The position numbers and the translations under genes were made by a program. From Acidimicrobiia bacterium (GTDB taxonomy: Bacteria > Actinomycetota > Acidimicrobiia > Spongiisociales > Spongiisociaceae): a stretch of DNA of 64,000 bases. The stretch spans positions 1 to 64,000 of the forward strand of contig JBFGLM010000013.1 of NCBI GenBank assembly GCA_041576165.1, read 5' to 3'. Shown here piece after piece: positions 1-8,805 of this stretch (its first letter is position 1; each line of letters begins with the position of its first letter). Below the pieces are notes generated by a model. It made no database searches, was not told where the DNA came from, and saw only the letters and a program-made list of their open reading frames with translations.

Positions 1-263
1 CGAGGGCCAGGAGCGTGCGACGTCAGGTGGTGGTGGCGGCGCAACAGGCACTCGAGGCGGCTCCGCCGGACAGCGACGATCGGTACTGGATCCTGGCCAC
101 GCTGGAGGAGGCGCACTTCGGTCTCGGACTGGAGGAAGCCGGCATGGCCTGGCACGCAGAAGCGGCTGCGGCCGCATCCGCGACATGGATGACCGAATCG
201 ACGGCCCAGCAGATCGATAAGTTGCGAGGGTTGCACGCCGAGATCCAAGCCCGGGCCGGGTAG
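1..263 (+). CDS. C-terminal fragment of a TPR / MAP3K TRAF-binding-like (DUF4071-like) protein, 5'-truncated by the window edge
   Basis: Frame is open from the window start; YWILATLEEA...WMTESTAQQIDKL resembles the helical repeat end of this family. Confidence 0.6.
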   Translation, partial: RARSVRRQVVVAAQQALEAAPPDSDDRYWILATLEEAHFGLGLEEAGMAWHAEAAAAASATWMTESTAQQIDKLRGLHAEIQARAG

Positions 264-305
264 ATTCCCGCAGCGCCCCGACAACGGCGGAGTGCGGGCA
301 AGGAG

Positions 306-857
306 GTGCACGAGATGCGGGTCCTTTTTTCCGGCCATATGGTCGACGCGCCCGATCGGGCGCAACCGCGGTTCCCATCGCACAATGTGCCGGCAGCACG
401 GACGGCCATCCATCGGGCGATCTCCGAGATCAAGAACCCGACGGCCCAGGCGATCAGCGGTGCGGCGTGCGGGGGTGACCTCTTGTTCTGCGAAGAGTGG
501 CTTTCCACCAATCGACACCTCACGATCTACTTGCCGCGTGAGGTGGAGTCGTTCCTCGACGAGTCCGTGCGCTTCGCAGGGGCGCACTGGGAGGACACGT
601 TCCACCAGGTTGTGATCGCCGACGGCGTTCGGGTGGTCGGTCCCGAACCGGGCATGGAGGACCTGGCCGATCCCCACTCTCCCAACAACCTCCGCATGAT
701 CAGCGCCGCGCTCGAGGACGGCGACGTTGCGGCGGTCGTGCTCTGGGACGGCGGCGGCGGCGACGGCCCGGGTGGCACTGCGCACATGGTGCGGGAGGTG
801 CAGAACAGCGGCGGTCTCGTTGTGGTCATCGACCCCCATGACCTGGATGCGGGATGA
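306..857 (+). CDS. Stand-alone SLOG-like (nucleotide-binding/processing) protein
   Basis: AGGAG RBS directly upstream; motifs LFSGHMVDAPDRxxPRFP, SGAACGGDLLFCE, LWDGxxGDGPGGTAHMV. Confidence 0.65.
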   Translation: MHEMRVLFSGHMVDAPDRAQPRFPSHNVPAARTAIHRAISEIKNPTAQAISGAACGGDLLFCEEWLSTNRHLTIYLPREVESFLDESVRFAGAHWEDTFHQVVIADGVRVVGPEPGMEDLADPHSPNNLRMISAALEDGDVAAVVLWDGGGGDGPGGTAHMVREVQNSGGLVVVIDPHDLDAG

Positions 858-1061
858 CGCAGGCGACGGGACGGTAGGCGCCATGAATTCGGGAACGCCT
901 TCCGCGCTCGGCACCCGTGTCGTGTACCGAACGACCGGGATCAATCCGCGCCGAACGCGGAACAACGTGGTCGGCCCCCAGCGGGTTGTGTTGACGCCTT
1001 CGCCACCAGACAACGACATCGCGCTCGGCCTCACCCCATCGGGCACCTGGAGATGACGCCT

Positions 1062-2426
1062 TCAATCGGCTGCGCAGACGCGCAGCGGATCGAGTCCGGT
1101 GAGCGTCCGGTACGCGATCCGGAGCTCCTCGCACGAAGGGTTCCCGATGCGCGCCAGGGCGATGGTCGAATCCATCACGCCCCACGCCACCGTTTCGGCT
1201 GCCTGCTCACTGCCACGCTCATGCCACGGCACGTCGGCTCCTTCCCACCGTGCCAGGCTGCGCGACTCGAGAAACCGGTCTTGGGTCTCAAAGTCAACGT
1301 TGTCGAGCATCCATGCGTGCGCCAGTTCGTGGAGGAAGGAGAATCGAGCTCCCGCCCGGAGTGACGAGCAGCTCGCCGGTGTCGGATCACATACGTCGTA
1401 GGCATCTACGCAGTGGACCAGGTCGGCTGGTCCGTCGACGTTCTCGGTCACGATCCCTGAGTACCGGGCGCATGCCGGCACCGGTCCGAAGGTCACCGAA
1501 CCCAGGTTGGGTGGCGCCAACCCGGCGGCGCGGAATCGTTCGAGGCCCCACTCCAGGAGACCATGGACGCCCGGGGTTCCGTTGAAGACCGTGACCTCCC
1601 TTCCGTTGCCGAGCTCCACCGATCCCGAGATCTGGTTCTCGAGGTGGACAGGGATCTCCAACCCGTTCCACCATCCACCCTCGGCGCGCCCACAGGTGCC
1701 AGGAGCACCGGTCTCGAGTGATCGGCGTTCTTCCGTCACTGTGTCCCCGTTCAGATCGAGCCTGATCAGGGTCCGGGCGCCGCACTCATCACCGCCGTCG
1801 ACGACGAACGCCACGACGTCGGTGTCGGGGGACGGTGCCACGAAGACGGCTGGATGTCGCTTTGCGCCGGCGGTGACATCGGCGACCGAGAGGTCGGCGC
1901 GGGCCGTGTACTCCTCGATGACGTTGTCGATCCACGCCAGGCGTGGATCGGGTACGCCGCCCGGCTTGTACGCGTACCGCCAACGCAGCATCCTCTGAGA
2001 GCCGATCAGGCCATCCGCCATCTCCATCTCGAACAAGGCAGCGGTGTCCAGGTCGTCGAGCACCATCATCACGCCCGCCGAGCGCTGGTCGAGGAACACC
2101 CCTGCGAGGCTGCGGTCGGTCGATCGGGTCGTCTCGGCAAGCCACTCGGCGAGCCAGGTTCTCCCATCGCCTCGAGTCGTTGAATCGAACGTGGCAGCGG
2201 CGAACGTGAGCTCCAAATCGGGCTGAGCGAGGCTGACGGAAACGTTCGGCGAGTAATACCGGACGGTGGCGAATGGGTCGCCGCGATCCCAATCCGCTGA
2301 CCACGAGTCGAAAAACCGCTGCGCCTCTTCGCCCCAATGTTCGGTGCCGTCGTCGCTGCTGCAAGCGCCAAAGGCTGTGACCACCGCGGTCGCGGCGCTC
2401 AGAACGAGGCGTGCGCGCAGAAAGAT
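1062..2426 (-). CDS. Hypothetical lipoprotein with an HExxH zinc-metallopeptidase-like C-terminal domain; start uncertain (ATC 2426 vs GTG 2384)
   Basis: HELAH plus downstream EQAAE; lipobox-like AFGAC; a complete signal peptide requires extension to 2426. Confidence 0.65.
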   Translation of the reverse strand: MFLRARLVLSAATAVVTAFGACSSDDGTEHWGEEAQRFFDSWSADWDRGDPFATVRYYSPNVSVSLAQPDLELTFAAATFDSTTRGDGRTWLAEWLAETTRSTDRSLAGVFLDQRSAGVMMVLDDLDTAALFEMEMADGLIGSQRMLRWRYAYKPGGVPDPRLAWIDNVIEEYTARADLSVADVTAGAKRHPAVFVAPSPDTDVVAFVVDGGDECGARTLIRLDLNGDTVTEERRSLETGAPGTCGRAEGGWWNGLEIPVHLENQISGSVELGNGREVTVFNGTPGVHGLLEWGLERFRAAGLAPPNLGSVTFGPVPACARYSGIVTENVDGPADLVHCVDAYDVCDPTPASCSSLRAGARFSFLHELAHAWMLDNVDFETQDRFLESRSLARWEGADVPWHERGSEQAAETVAWGVMDSTIALARIGNPSCEELRIAYRTLTGLDPLRVCAAD

Positions 2427-2526
2427 GGAGCGAGGCTACCACCGCGCCCCGGGGGAAGATCGCCTCGCCCGATCCGGTGCAAGGCTCGTCCAGAGCGAAG
2501 TCGGCTCGGGCAAGACGGTTGAGCGA

Positions 2527-2835
2527 TCACGGGCCCCACCGAAGTTGCTCGCCGAGCAGCACTGTCAGGGCATCGGGGACCTCACGGCGGCTCGGGTCTT
2601 GCGCGTGTTCCGAGCGTCGACGGCATGGTGCGCCGCTTCCCCGCTCCGGAGCCTGAGCGTCCGGTACCGGAGCGCTGCTGACATCGAGCCGGGTCGAGCT
2701 GAGTGATCGGGGAGCGGCGAACCGAGCCGACGTCTTGGCAGCGGTGGCCGGGGGAACGGTGTCGTCGTGTTCGGGACCCACGCGCTCATCCAGGAGGCCG
2801 GCCATTGCTGGAGTCTCGCCCTGGTTGTCGTCCAT
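2527..2835 (-). CDS. Hypothetical 102-aa protein, divergent from nifJ
   Basis: ATG ORF with GC-rich third positions filling the gap; no recognisable motif. Confidence 0.3.
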   Translation of the reverse strand: MDDNQGETPAMAGLLDERVGPEHDDTVPPATAAKTSARFAAPRSLSSTRLDVSSAPVPDAQAPERGSGAPCRRRSEHAQDPSRREVPDALTVLLGEQLRWGP

Positions 2836-2905
2836 AGCAACATCGTTTCGGAAGCAGGTCGGACCAGGCGCAACCTGCCCGTCTCGCCAGACGGACCTCC
2901 GCTAC

Positions 2906-2919
2906 GGGACTTTCGGGCC
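2906..2919. promoter_or_regulatory. Possible DosR/DevR-type box upstream of nifJ
   Basis: GGGACTTTCGGGCC, one mismatch to GGGACnnnnGnCCC. Confidence 0.45.
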
Positions 2920-2978
2920 TTTAGATCGGCCATGGCATCTGGTGGGCTGATTCCCAGCAGTTGCTGAGGAGATCACAG

Positions 2979-5900
2979 ATGTCAGAGCGGACGGCGACGC
3001 TTGCCGCGGGACGCCCGGCTGACGAGCGCGCCGGTCAGTGGACGACCATCGACGGCAACGAGGCCGCCACCCACGTTGCCTACCGGCTGTCGGAGGTCGT
3101 CGCCATTTATCCCATCACACCCGCCTCCCCGATGGGCGAACTGGCCGACGCCTGGGCCAGCCAGGGGCGGCCCAACCTGTGGGGCACCGTCCCCCGGGTT
3201 GTCGAGATGCAGTCCGAGGGTGGCGCAGCCGGGGCGGTGCACGGGTCGCTGCAGGCCGGCGCGCTCACCACCACGTTCACGGCGTCCCAAGGTCTGCTGC
3301 TGATGCTCCCCAACATGTACAAGATCGCGGGCGAGTTGTCGCCGATGGTGATGCATGTTGCCGCCCGGACTGTCGCCACCCATGCGCTCAGCATCTTCGG
3401 TGATCATTCCGACGTCATGGGCGCCCGCCAGACCGGGTTCGCCATGCTGGCGTCGGGTTCGGTGCAGGAGGCCCACGACCTGGCGGCTATCGCCCATGCC
3501 GCTACCTTGCGCGCCCAGCTACCGATGATCCATTTCTTCGACGGGTTTCGCACCTCGCACGAGGTAGCCAAGATACAGGCGATCCCGGATGACGTCTTGA
3601 GCGAGCTCGTGTCGCCAGAGGACGTTGACGCGCATCGGTTCCGGGCACTCAATCCAGACCACCCGGCGGTCCGGGGCACCGCGCAAAACCCGGACGTGTT
3701 CTTCCAGGCCCGGGAAGCGTGCAATCCGTTTTACGACGCACTGCCCCCGATCGTGTCGGACACGATGCAACGCTTCGGAGATCTGACGGGCCGTCGCTAC
3801 CAACTGTTCGATTACTACGGTCACCCGGGAGCCCAGCGGGTCCTGGTCATGATGGGATCCGGCACCGGCGCCGCCTGTGAGGCGGTCGACCGGCTGAATG
3901 CCGCCGGTGAACAGGTGGGCCTGCTGACGGTCCGGCTCTACCGGCCGTTCGACACGAGCTCGTTCGTTGCACAGCTGCCGGAGGAGACCACCAGCCTGGT
4001 GGTACTGGACCGAACCAAGGAGCCGGGTGCGATCGGCGAACCGCTGTATCAAGACGTGGTCACGGCCCTCGCCGAGGAAGGGAGATCCATCCGGGTCGTC
4101 GGCGGCCGGTACGGTCTGTCCTCGAAGGAATTCACTCCTGAGATGGCCGCTCGTTGCCTGGCCGAGGCACAAGCCGACTCACCGAAGAACCACTTCACCG
4201 TCGGGATCACCGACGACGTGACCCGGCTCAGCCTGGAGGTGACCGAACGCTGGACCGAGCCCTCGGGCGTGATGCGGGCCGTGTTCTACGGCCTCGGCTC
4301 AGACGGCACAGTGGGCGCCAATAAGCACACGGTCAAGATCGTCGGAACCGAGACCGACCTGTTCGCCCAGGGCTACTTCGTCTACGACTCCAAGAAAGCG
4401 GGTTCGCGCACGGTTTCACATCTCCGGTTCAGGCCGGCACCCATCACCTCCACCTACCTGATTCGAGATGCACAGTTCGTAGGCGTCCACTGGTTTGACT
4501 TCCTCGAGAAATCAGATGTGCTCGAGGTGGCGGATACCGGAGCAACGGTGTTGATCAACAGCCCGTTCGGGGTGGACGGCACCTGGGATGCGCTACCGGT
4601 CGAGGCGCAACGCCAGATCATCGAAAAAGAACTCGAGGTGCACGTGGTAGATGCATCGGCTGTGGCCCGAACCGCCGGTCTGGGCGGGCGGGTGAACACC
4701 GTGCTACAGACGTGTTTCTTCGCGCTGACCGACCTGCTCCCAACCGAGCAGGCGATCGGGGCGATAAAGGCATCGATCAAAGAGGCGTACGGCGCCCGGG
4801 GCGAGGTGGTCCTGCGGCGTAATTTCGATGCAGTCGATGCCGCGCTCGCGGGTCTGGCGAGGCTGCCGATCCCGGCCGACATCACCGCCGCCGTGGGGCT
4901 GCCGCCACCGGTGCCGGCCGCAGCGCCGGATTTCGTGCAGCGGGTCACCGCCATGATGCTCGCCGGGCACGGCGATCTCCTCCCGGTGAGTGCCCTGCCG
5001 GTCGACGGCACGTTCCCCACTGCCACTGCCCAGTGGGAGAAGCGAAGCATCGGCGATGAGATCCCCATCTGGGATCCCGAGATATGCATCGACTGTGGCC
5101 GCTGCGCCCTGGTGTGTCCCCACGCCGCCATCCGGATGAAGGTATATGAGCCCGAGTTCTTCAATGGAGCACCCGAGCTCAAATCGAAGGAGTGGACCGG
5201 TCGCGACGCGCCGGGTGCGCTGATGACGATCCAGGTAGCGCCGGACGACTGCACCGGCTGCGGAGTGTGCGTGGCGATCTGTCCGGCCAAGAGCAAAGAG
5301 GTGGTCAAGCACCGGGCCATCAACATGGAGCCGAAGCTCGACCACCTGGAGGTCGAGCAGGCTGCCTGGTCGGCGTTCCTGGAGATTCCCGAACGTGACC
5401 GCACCTTGGTGCAAACCGACAACGTCCGCGGCAGTCAGATTCTCCAGCCTTTGTTCGAATTCTCCGGAGCTTGCGCCGGCTGCGGCGAGACCCCCTACAT
5501 CAAGCTCATGACGCAGATGTTCGGCGACCGCGCCATCATCGCCAATGCCACCGGGTGCTCATCGATCTACGGCGGCAACCTGCCGACCACCCCCTACGCC
5601 ATCAATACCGAAGGGCGGGGCCCAGCCTGGTCGAACTCCTTGTTCGAAGACAATGCCGAGTTCGGGTTGGGTATGCGGCTGGCCCTGGACCAGAAGCGCC
5701 GCCATGCCCTGGCGCTGCTCGACGAACTCGCCCCGAACCTCGGTGGCCTGGCCGCTGAGCTTCGGGACGCCGATCAGGGCGGCGAAGCCGGCATCGCGGC
5801 CCAGCGCGAACGTGTGGAGCGGCTCAAATCGCAGCTCACCGCCATTCGCTTTCCGGCCGCGCGCCGGCTCGAAGCGCTCGCCGACTCGCTGGTCGACACG

Positions 5901-6575
5901 TCGGTCTGGATCATCGGCGGGGACGGCTGGGCCTATGACATCGGCTTCGGCGGTCTCGACCACGTGCTGGCCACCGGCGAGAACGTGAACATCCTGGTGC
6001 TGGACACCGAGGTCTACTCGAACACCGGCGGTCAGGCGTCCAAGGCCACCCCACGGGCGGCAGTCGCCAAGTTCGCGTCCGGTGGGAAACCAACCGGAAA
6101 AAAGGATCTCGGGATGATCGCCATGGCGTACGGCAACGTATACGTTGCTCACGTCTCGATGGGGGCCAACATGACCCAGATGGTCAAGGCCTTCGCCGAG
6201 GCGGAAGCGCATCCCGGGCCAGCCTTGATCATCGCGTACAGTCCATGCATCGCCCACGGCATCGACCTGTCGGACATGGCGAGCCATCAAAAGGACGCAG
6301 TGGAGTCCGGCTACTGGCCGCTCTACCGTTACGACCCGATGCTCGAGGCAGCCGGCAAGACCGCGTTTCGGCTGGACAGCCGGCCGCCCACCAAGACGTT
6401 CGAGCAGTTCGCCCGCACCGAAGCCAGATTCGCCATGCTGGCTCGCGCCAACCCCGAACACGCGGCACAGCTCATGGCCCAGGCCCAGCAGGACATCGAC
6501 GACCGGTGGCACCTGTACGAGCAAATGGAGGACATCGAGTGGACCGTCCATCCAGAAGAAGCGGAGGTGACCTGA
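2979..6575 (+). CDS. nifJ: Pyruvate:ferredoxin (flavodoxin) oxidoreductase
   Basis: YPITP, EMQSEGGAAG, two CxxCxxCxxxCP ferredoxin motifs, GACAGCGE, GGDGWAYDIG (TPP); AGGAGA RBS before ATG 2979. Confidence 0.97.
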   Translation: MSERTATLAAGRPADERAGQWTTIDGNEAATHVAYRLSEVVAIYPITPASPMGELADAWASQGRPNLWGTVPRVVEMQSEGGAAGAVHGSLQAGALTTTFTASQGLLLMLPNMYKIAGELSPMVMHVAARTVATHALSIFGDHSDVMGARQTGFAMLASGSVQEAHDLAAIAHAATLRAQLPMIHFFDGFRTSHEVAKIQAIPDDVLSELVSPEDVDAHRFRALNPDHPAVRGTAQNPDVFFQAREACNPFYDALPPIVSDTMQRFGDLTGRRYQLFDYYGHPGAQRVLVMMGSGTGAACEAVDRLNAAGEQVGLLTVRLYRPFDTSSFVAQLPEETTSLVVLDRTKEPGAIGEPLYQDVVTALAEEGRSIRVVGGRYGLSSKEFTPEMAARCLAEAQADSPKNHFTVGITDDVTRLSLEVTERWTEPSGVMRAVFYGLGSDGTVGANKHTVKIVGTETDLFAQGYFVYDSKKAGSRTVSHLRFRPAPITSTYLIRDAQFVGVHWFDFLEKSDVLEVADTGATVLINSPFGVDGTWDALPVEAQRQIIEKELEVHVVDASAVARTAGLGGRVNTVLQTCFFALTDLLPTEQAIGAIKASIKEAYGARGEVVLRRNFDAVDAALAGLARLPIPADITAAVGLPPPVPAAAPDFVQRVTAMMLAGHGDLLPVSALPVDGTFPTATAQWEKRSIGDEIPIWDPEICIDCGRCALVCPHAAIRMKVYEPEFFNGAPELKSKEWTGRDAPGALMTIQVAPDDCTGCGVCVAICPAKSKEVVKHRAINMEPKLDHLEVEQAAWSAFLEIPERDRTLVQTDNVRGSQILQPLFEFSGACAGCGETPYIKLMTQMFGDRAIIANATGCSSIYGGNLPTTPYAINTEGRGPAWSNSLFEDNAEFGLGMRLALDQKRRHALALLDELAPNLGGLAAELRDADQGGEAGIAAQRERVERLKSQLTAIRFPAARRLEALADSLVDTSVWIIGGDGWAYDIGFGGLDHVLATGENVNILVLDTEVYSNTGGQASKATPRAAVAKFASGGKPTGKKDLGMIAMAYGNVYVAHVSMGANMTQMVKAFAEAEAHPGPALIIAYSPCIAHGIDLSDMASHQKDAVESGYWPLYRYDPMLEAAGKTAFRLDSRPPTKTFEQFARTEARFAMLARANPEHAAQLMAQAQQDIDDRWHLYEQMEDIEWTVHPEEAEVT

Positions 6576-7576
6576 TGGTGGACCTCTCTACCACCTACCT
6601 GGGGTTGGAGCTCGACTCGCCGCTCATGGCTTCGTCGTCGCCGTTGACCGGACACATCGACACCTTGCTCCAGCTCGAGGACGCCGGCGCGGCGGCAGTC
6701 GTGCTGCCGTCTTTGTTCGAGGAGCAGGTCGAGCACGAGGCGATGGCCGTCCACCACACCATGGAGGTGGGCTACGGCGCCTTCGCTGAAGCGGCCGGCG
6801 GATATCTACCCGAGCTCGAGGAATACAACAGCGGTCCGGCCGAGTACCTCGATCTGGTGCGCCGCGCCAAGGACGAGCTGTCGATTCCCGTCGTGGGATC
6901 GCTCAACGGCACCTCGGCGGGTGGGTGGACACTGTACGGCCGGATCCTCGAGGACGCAGGGGTTGACGCACTGGAGCTGAACATCTATCTCATCGCGGCC
7001 GACCCGCAGGTGAGCGGTGAGGCGGTCGAGCGACGGTACCTGGATCTGGTGGCTCAGCTGCGCGAGGCGGTGGACGTCCCGCTGGCCGTCAAGATTGGCC
7101 CCTACTTCTCGTCGATGGCCCACATGGCGATCCGTTTGGCTGAGGCAGGGGCAGACGGCCTGGTACTCTTCAACCGCTTCTACCAACCAGACATCGATCT
7201 GGACACGCTGACGGTCGCGCCCAACCTGCACCTCAGTCATTCCCCCGAGGGTCTAGTGGTCCTGCGCTGGCTCGCCATTCTGCGGGACTATTTGACGATC
7301 GACCTGGCGGCGACAACCGGGATCCACGAAGCGGCCGACGCGGTGAAGGCGATCCTGGCCGGTGCCAACGTCGCCATGATGGCGTCGGCTCTGCTGCGCA
7401 ACGGCCCCGCCCAGCTGGCGTCTGTCGCCCAGGGTGTCCAAGCCTGGTTCGACGAACGGGATTACGCGTCGGTCGGCCAGGCCCGAGGCAGCCTCAGCCA
7501 GAAGAACACGCCCGATCCAACTGCCTTCGAACGGGCCAACTACATGCAGACATTGACCAGCTACGCGGCCGGCTGA
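6575..7576 (+). CDS. Dihydroorotate dehydrogenase-like FMN protein (PFOR-associated type)
   Basis: DLSTTYLGLEL, LPSLFEEQ, ALELNIY, VLFNRFYQPDID, FERANY; TGATG overlap with nifJ. Confidence 0.9.
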   Translation: MVDLSTTYLGLELDSPLMASSSPLTGHIDTLLQLEDAGAAAVVLPSLFEEQVEHEAMAVHHTMEVGYGAFAEAAGGYLPELEEYNSGPAEYLDLVRRAKDELSIPVVGSLNGTSAGGWTLYGRILEDAGVDALELNIYLIAADPQVSGEAVERRYLDLVAQLREAVDVPLAVKIGPYFSSMAHMAIRLAEAGADGLVLFNRFYQPDIDLDTLTVAPNLHLSHSPEGLVVLRWLAILRDYLTIDLAATTGIHEAADAVKAILAGANVAMMASALLRNGPAQLASVAQGVQAWFDERDYASVGQARGSLSQKNTPDPTAFERANYMQTLTSYAAG

Positions 7577-7652
7577 GCACGAGGCGGCTTGTGCCGCCGG
7601 GCATGCACCTCGCTGCAACTTCGTAGGGCGGCTGGGCGCTACCGTCATTTTC

Positions 7653-8768
7653 ATGTCCGAATGGGTCGAGGCCGCGCAGCGCATCCACCGAAGCTTGCCG
7701 GTTGTCGACGGCCACAATGATCTTCTGTGGCGGATCCGGGTGACCGCCGGCGGCGACCTCGATGAGGCCGATCCGCGCCGGTCGCTGCCCGACTTCCACA
7801 CCGACATCCCCCGCATGCTGGCCGGCGGGGTCGGGGCGCAGTTGTGGTCGGTTTACGTGCCGGCAGCCATCGCCGACCCGTTCCGGCAGACCATGGCTCA
7901 GGTCGAATTGCTCGAACGCATGGTCGCACGCGATGACCGGCTCGAACTGGCCCGAACCGGGCGGGAGGCAGCCGCGATTCGGGACGGGGGGCGGATTGCG
8001 TCGCTGTTAGGGGCAGAAGGCGGCCACTCCATCGAGAGCTCTTTCGACAAGCTGCACGCCCTCGCCGCCTGCGGGGTGCGCTATCTGACCCTCACTCACA
8101 GCGACACGCACGAATGGGCCGATTCGGCCACCGACCAGGCCATACACGGAGGTCTCACTCCGTTCGGTCGCGACGTCGTGCGCGAGATGAACCGGATCGG
8201 GATGCTGGTTGACCTAGCGCACGTGTCGGCCGATACGATGCGCGACGTACTCGACGTCAGCGAGGCGCCCGTCATCGCCAGTCACTCGAACGCATATGCC
8301 AGGGCACCCCATCCGCGCAACATCCCGGACGATGTCCTGCGGGAGATAGGGCAGCGGGGTGGAGTGGTCATGGCGGTGTTCTTCCCAGGTTTCGTGGTTC
8401 CTGAAACTGCCGCGCAGATGATCGATCTCTTCGCGCTATGGCGGGAGGTGCGAGCCGAAGTAGGCGACGACGAAGCGGCGATCGCGGCCGAGATCGAGCG
8501 ACGCGAAGGCGGACTTGATTTCGACCACGGCACCGTCGCCGACGTCGTCAACCACATCGAGTACATCGCCGAAGTAGCAGGCCTCCATGCCGTCGGGCTC
8601 GGTTCTGACTTCGACGGAATGACCATGGCGCCGGTTGGGCTGGAAGACGTTTCGTGTTATCCAGGCATCACCGAAGAACTGCTCCGGCGCGGGTGGCACG
8701 AGTCCGACATCAGGCTCATCCTGGGTGAAAACTCGCTCCGGGTGCTCGACGTAGGTCCAACGGGCTGA
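7653..8768 (+). CDS. Membrane dipeptidase (peptidase M19)
   Basis: DGHNDL, GAEGGH, YLTLTH, ASHSN, GSDFDG. Confidence 0.93.
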   Translation: MSEWVEAAQRIHRSLPVVDGHNDLLWRIRVTAGGDLDEADPRRSLPDFHTDIPRMLAGGVGAQLWSVYVPAAIADPFRQTMAQVELLERMVARDDRLELARTGREAAAIRDGGRIASLLGAEGGHSIESSFDKLHALAACGVRYLTLTHSDTHEWADSATDQAIHGGLTPFGRDVVREMNRIGMLVDLAHVSADTMRDVLDVSEAPVIASHSNAYARAPHPRNIPDDVLREIGQRGGVVMAVFFPGFVVPETAAQMIDLFALWREVRAEVGDDEAAIAAEIERREGGLDFDHGTVADVVNHIEYIAEVAGLHAVGLGSDFDGMTMAPVGLEDVSCYPGITEELLRRGWHESDIRLILGENSLRVLDVGPTG

Positions 8769-8805
8769 TCGGATCTCGGCCGCTGGCGCGCCGACGCCCG
8801 GCCGC

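Noticed and set aside
883-1056. Short + strand ORF MNSGTPSALG...
   Set aside because: No recognisable motif, RBS or clear -10 box; may be a gene remnant
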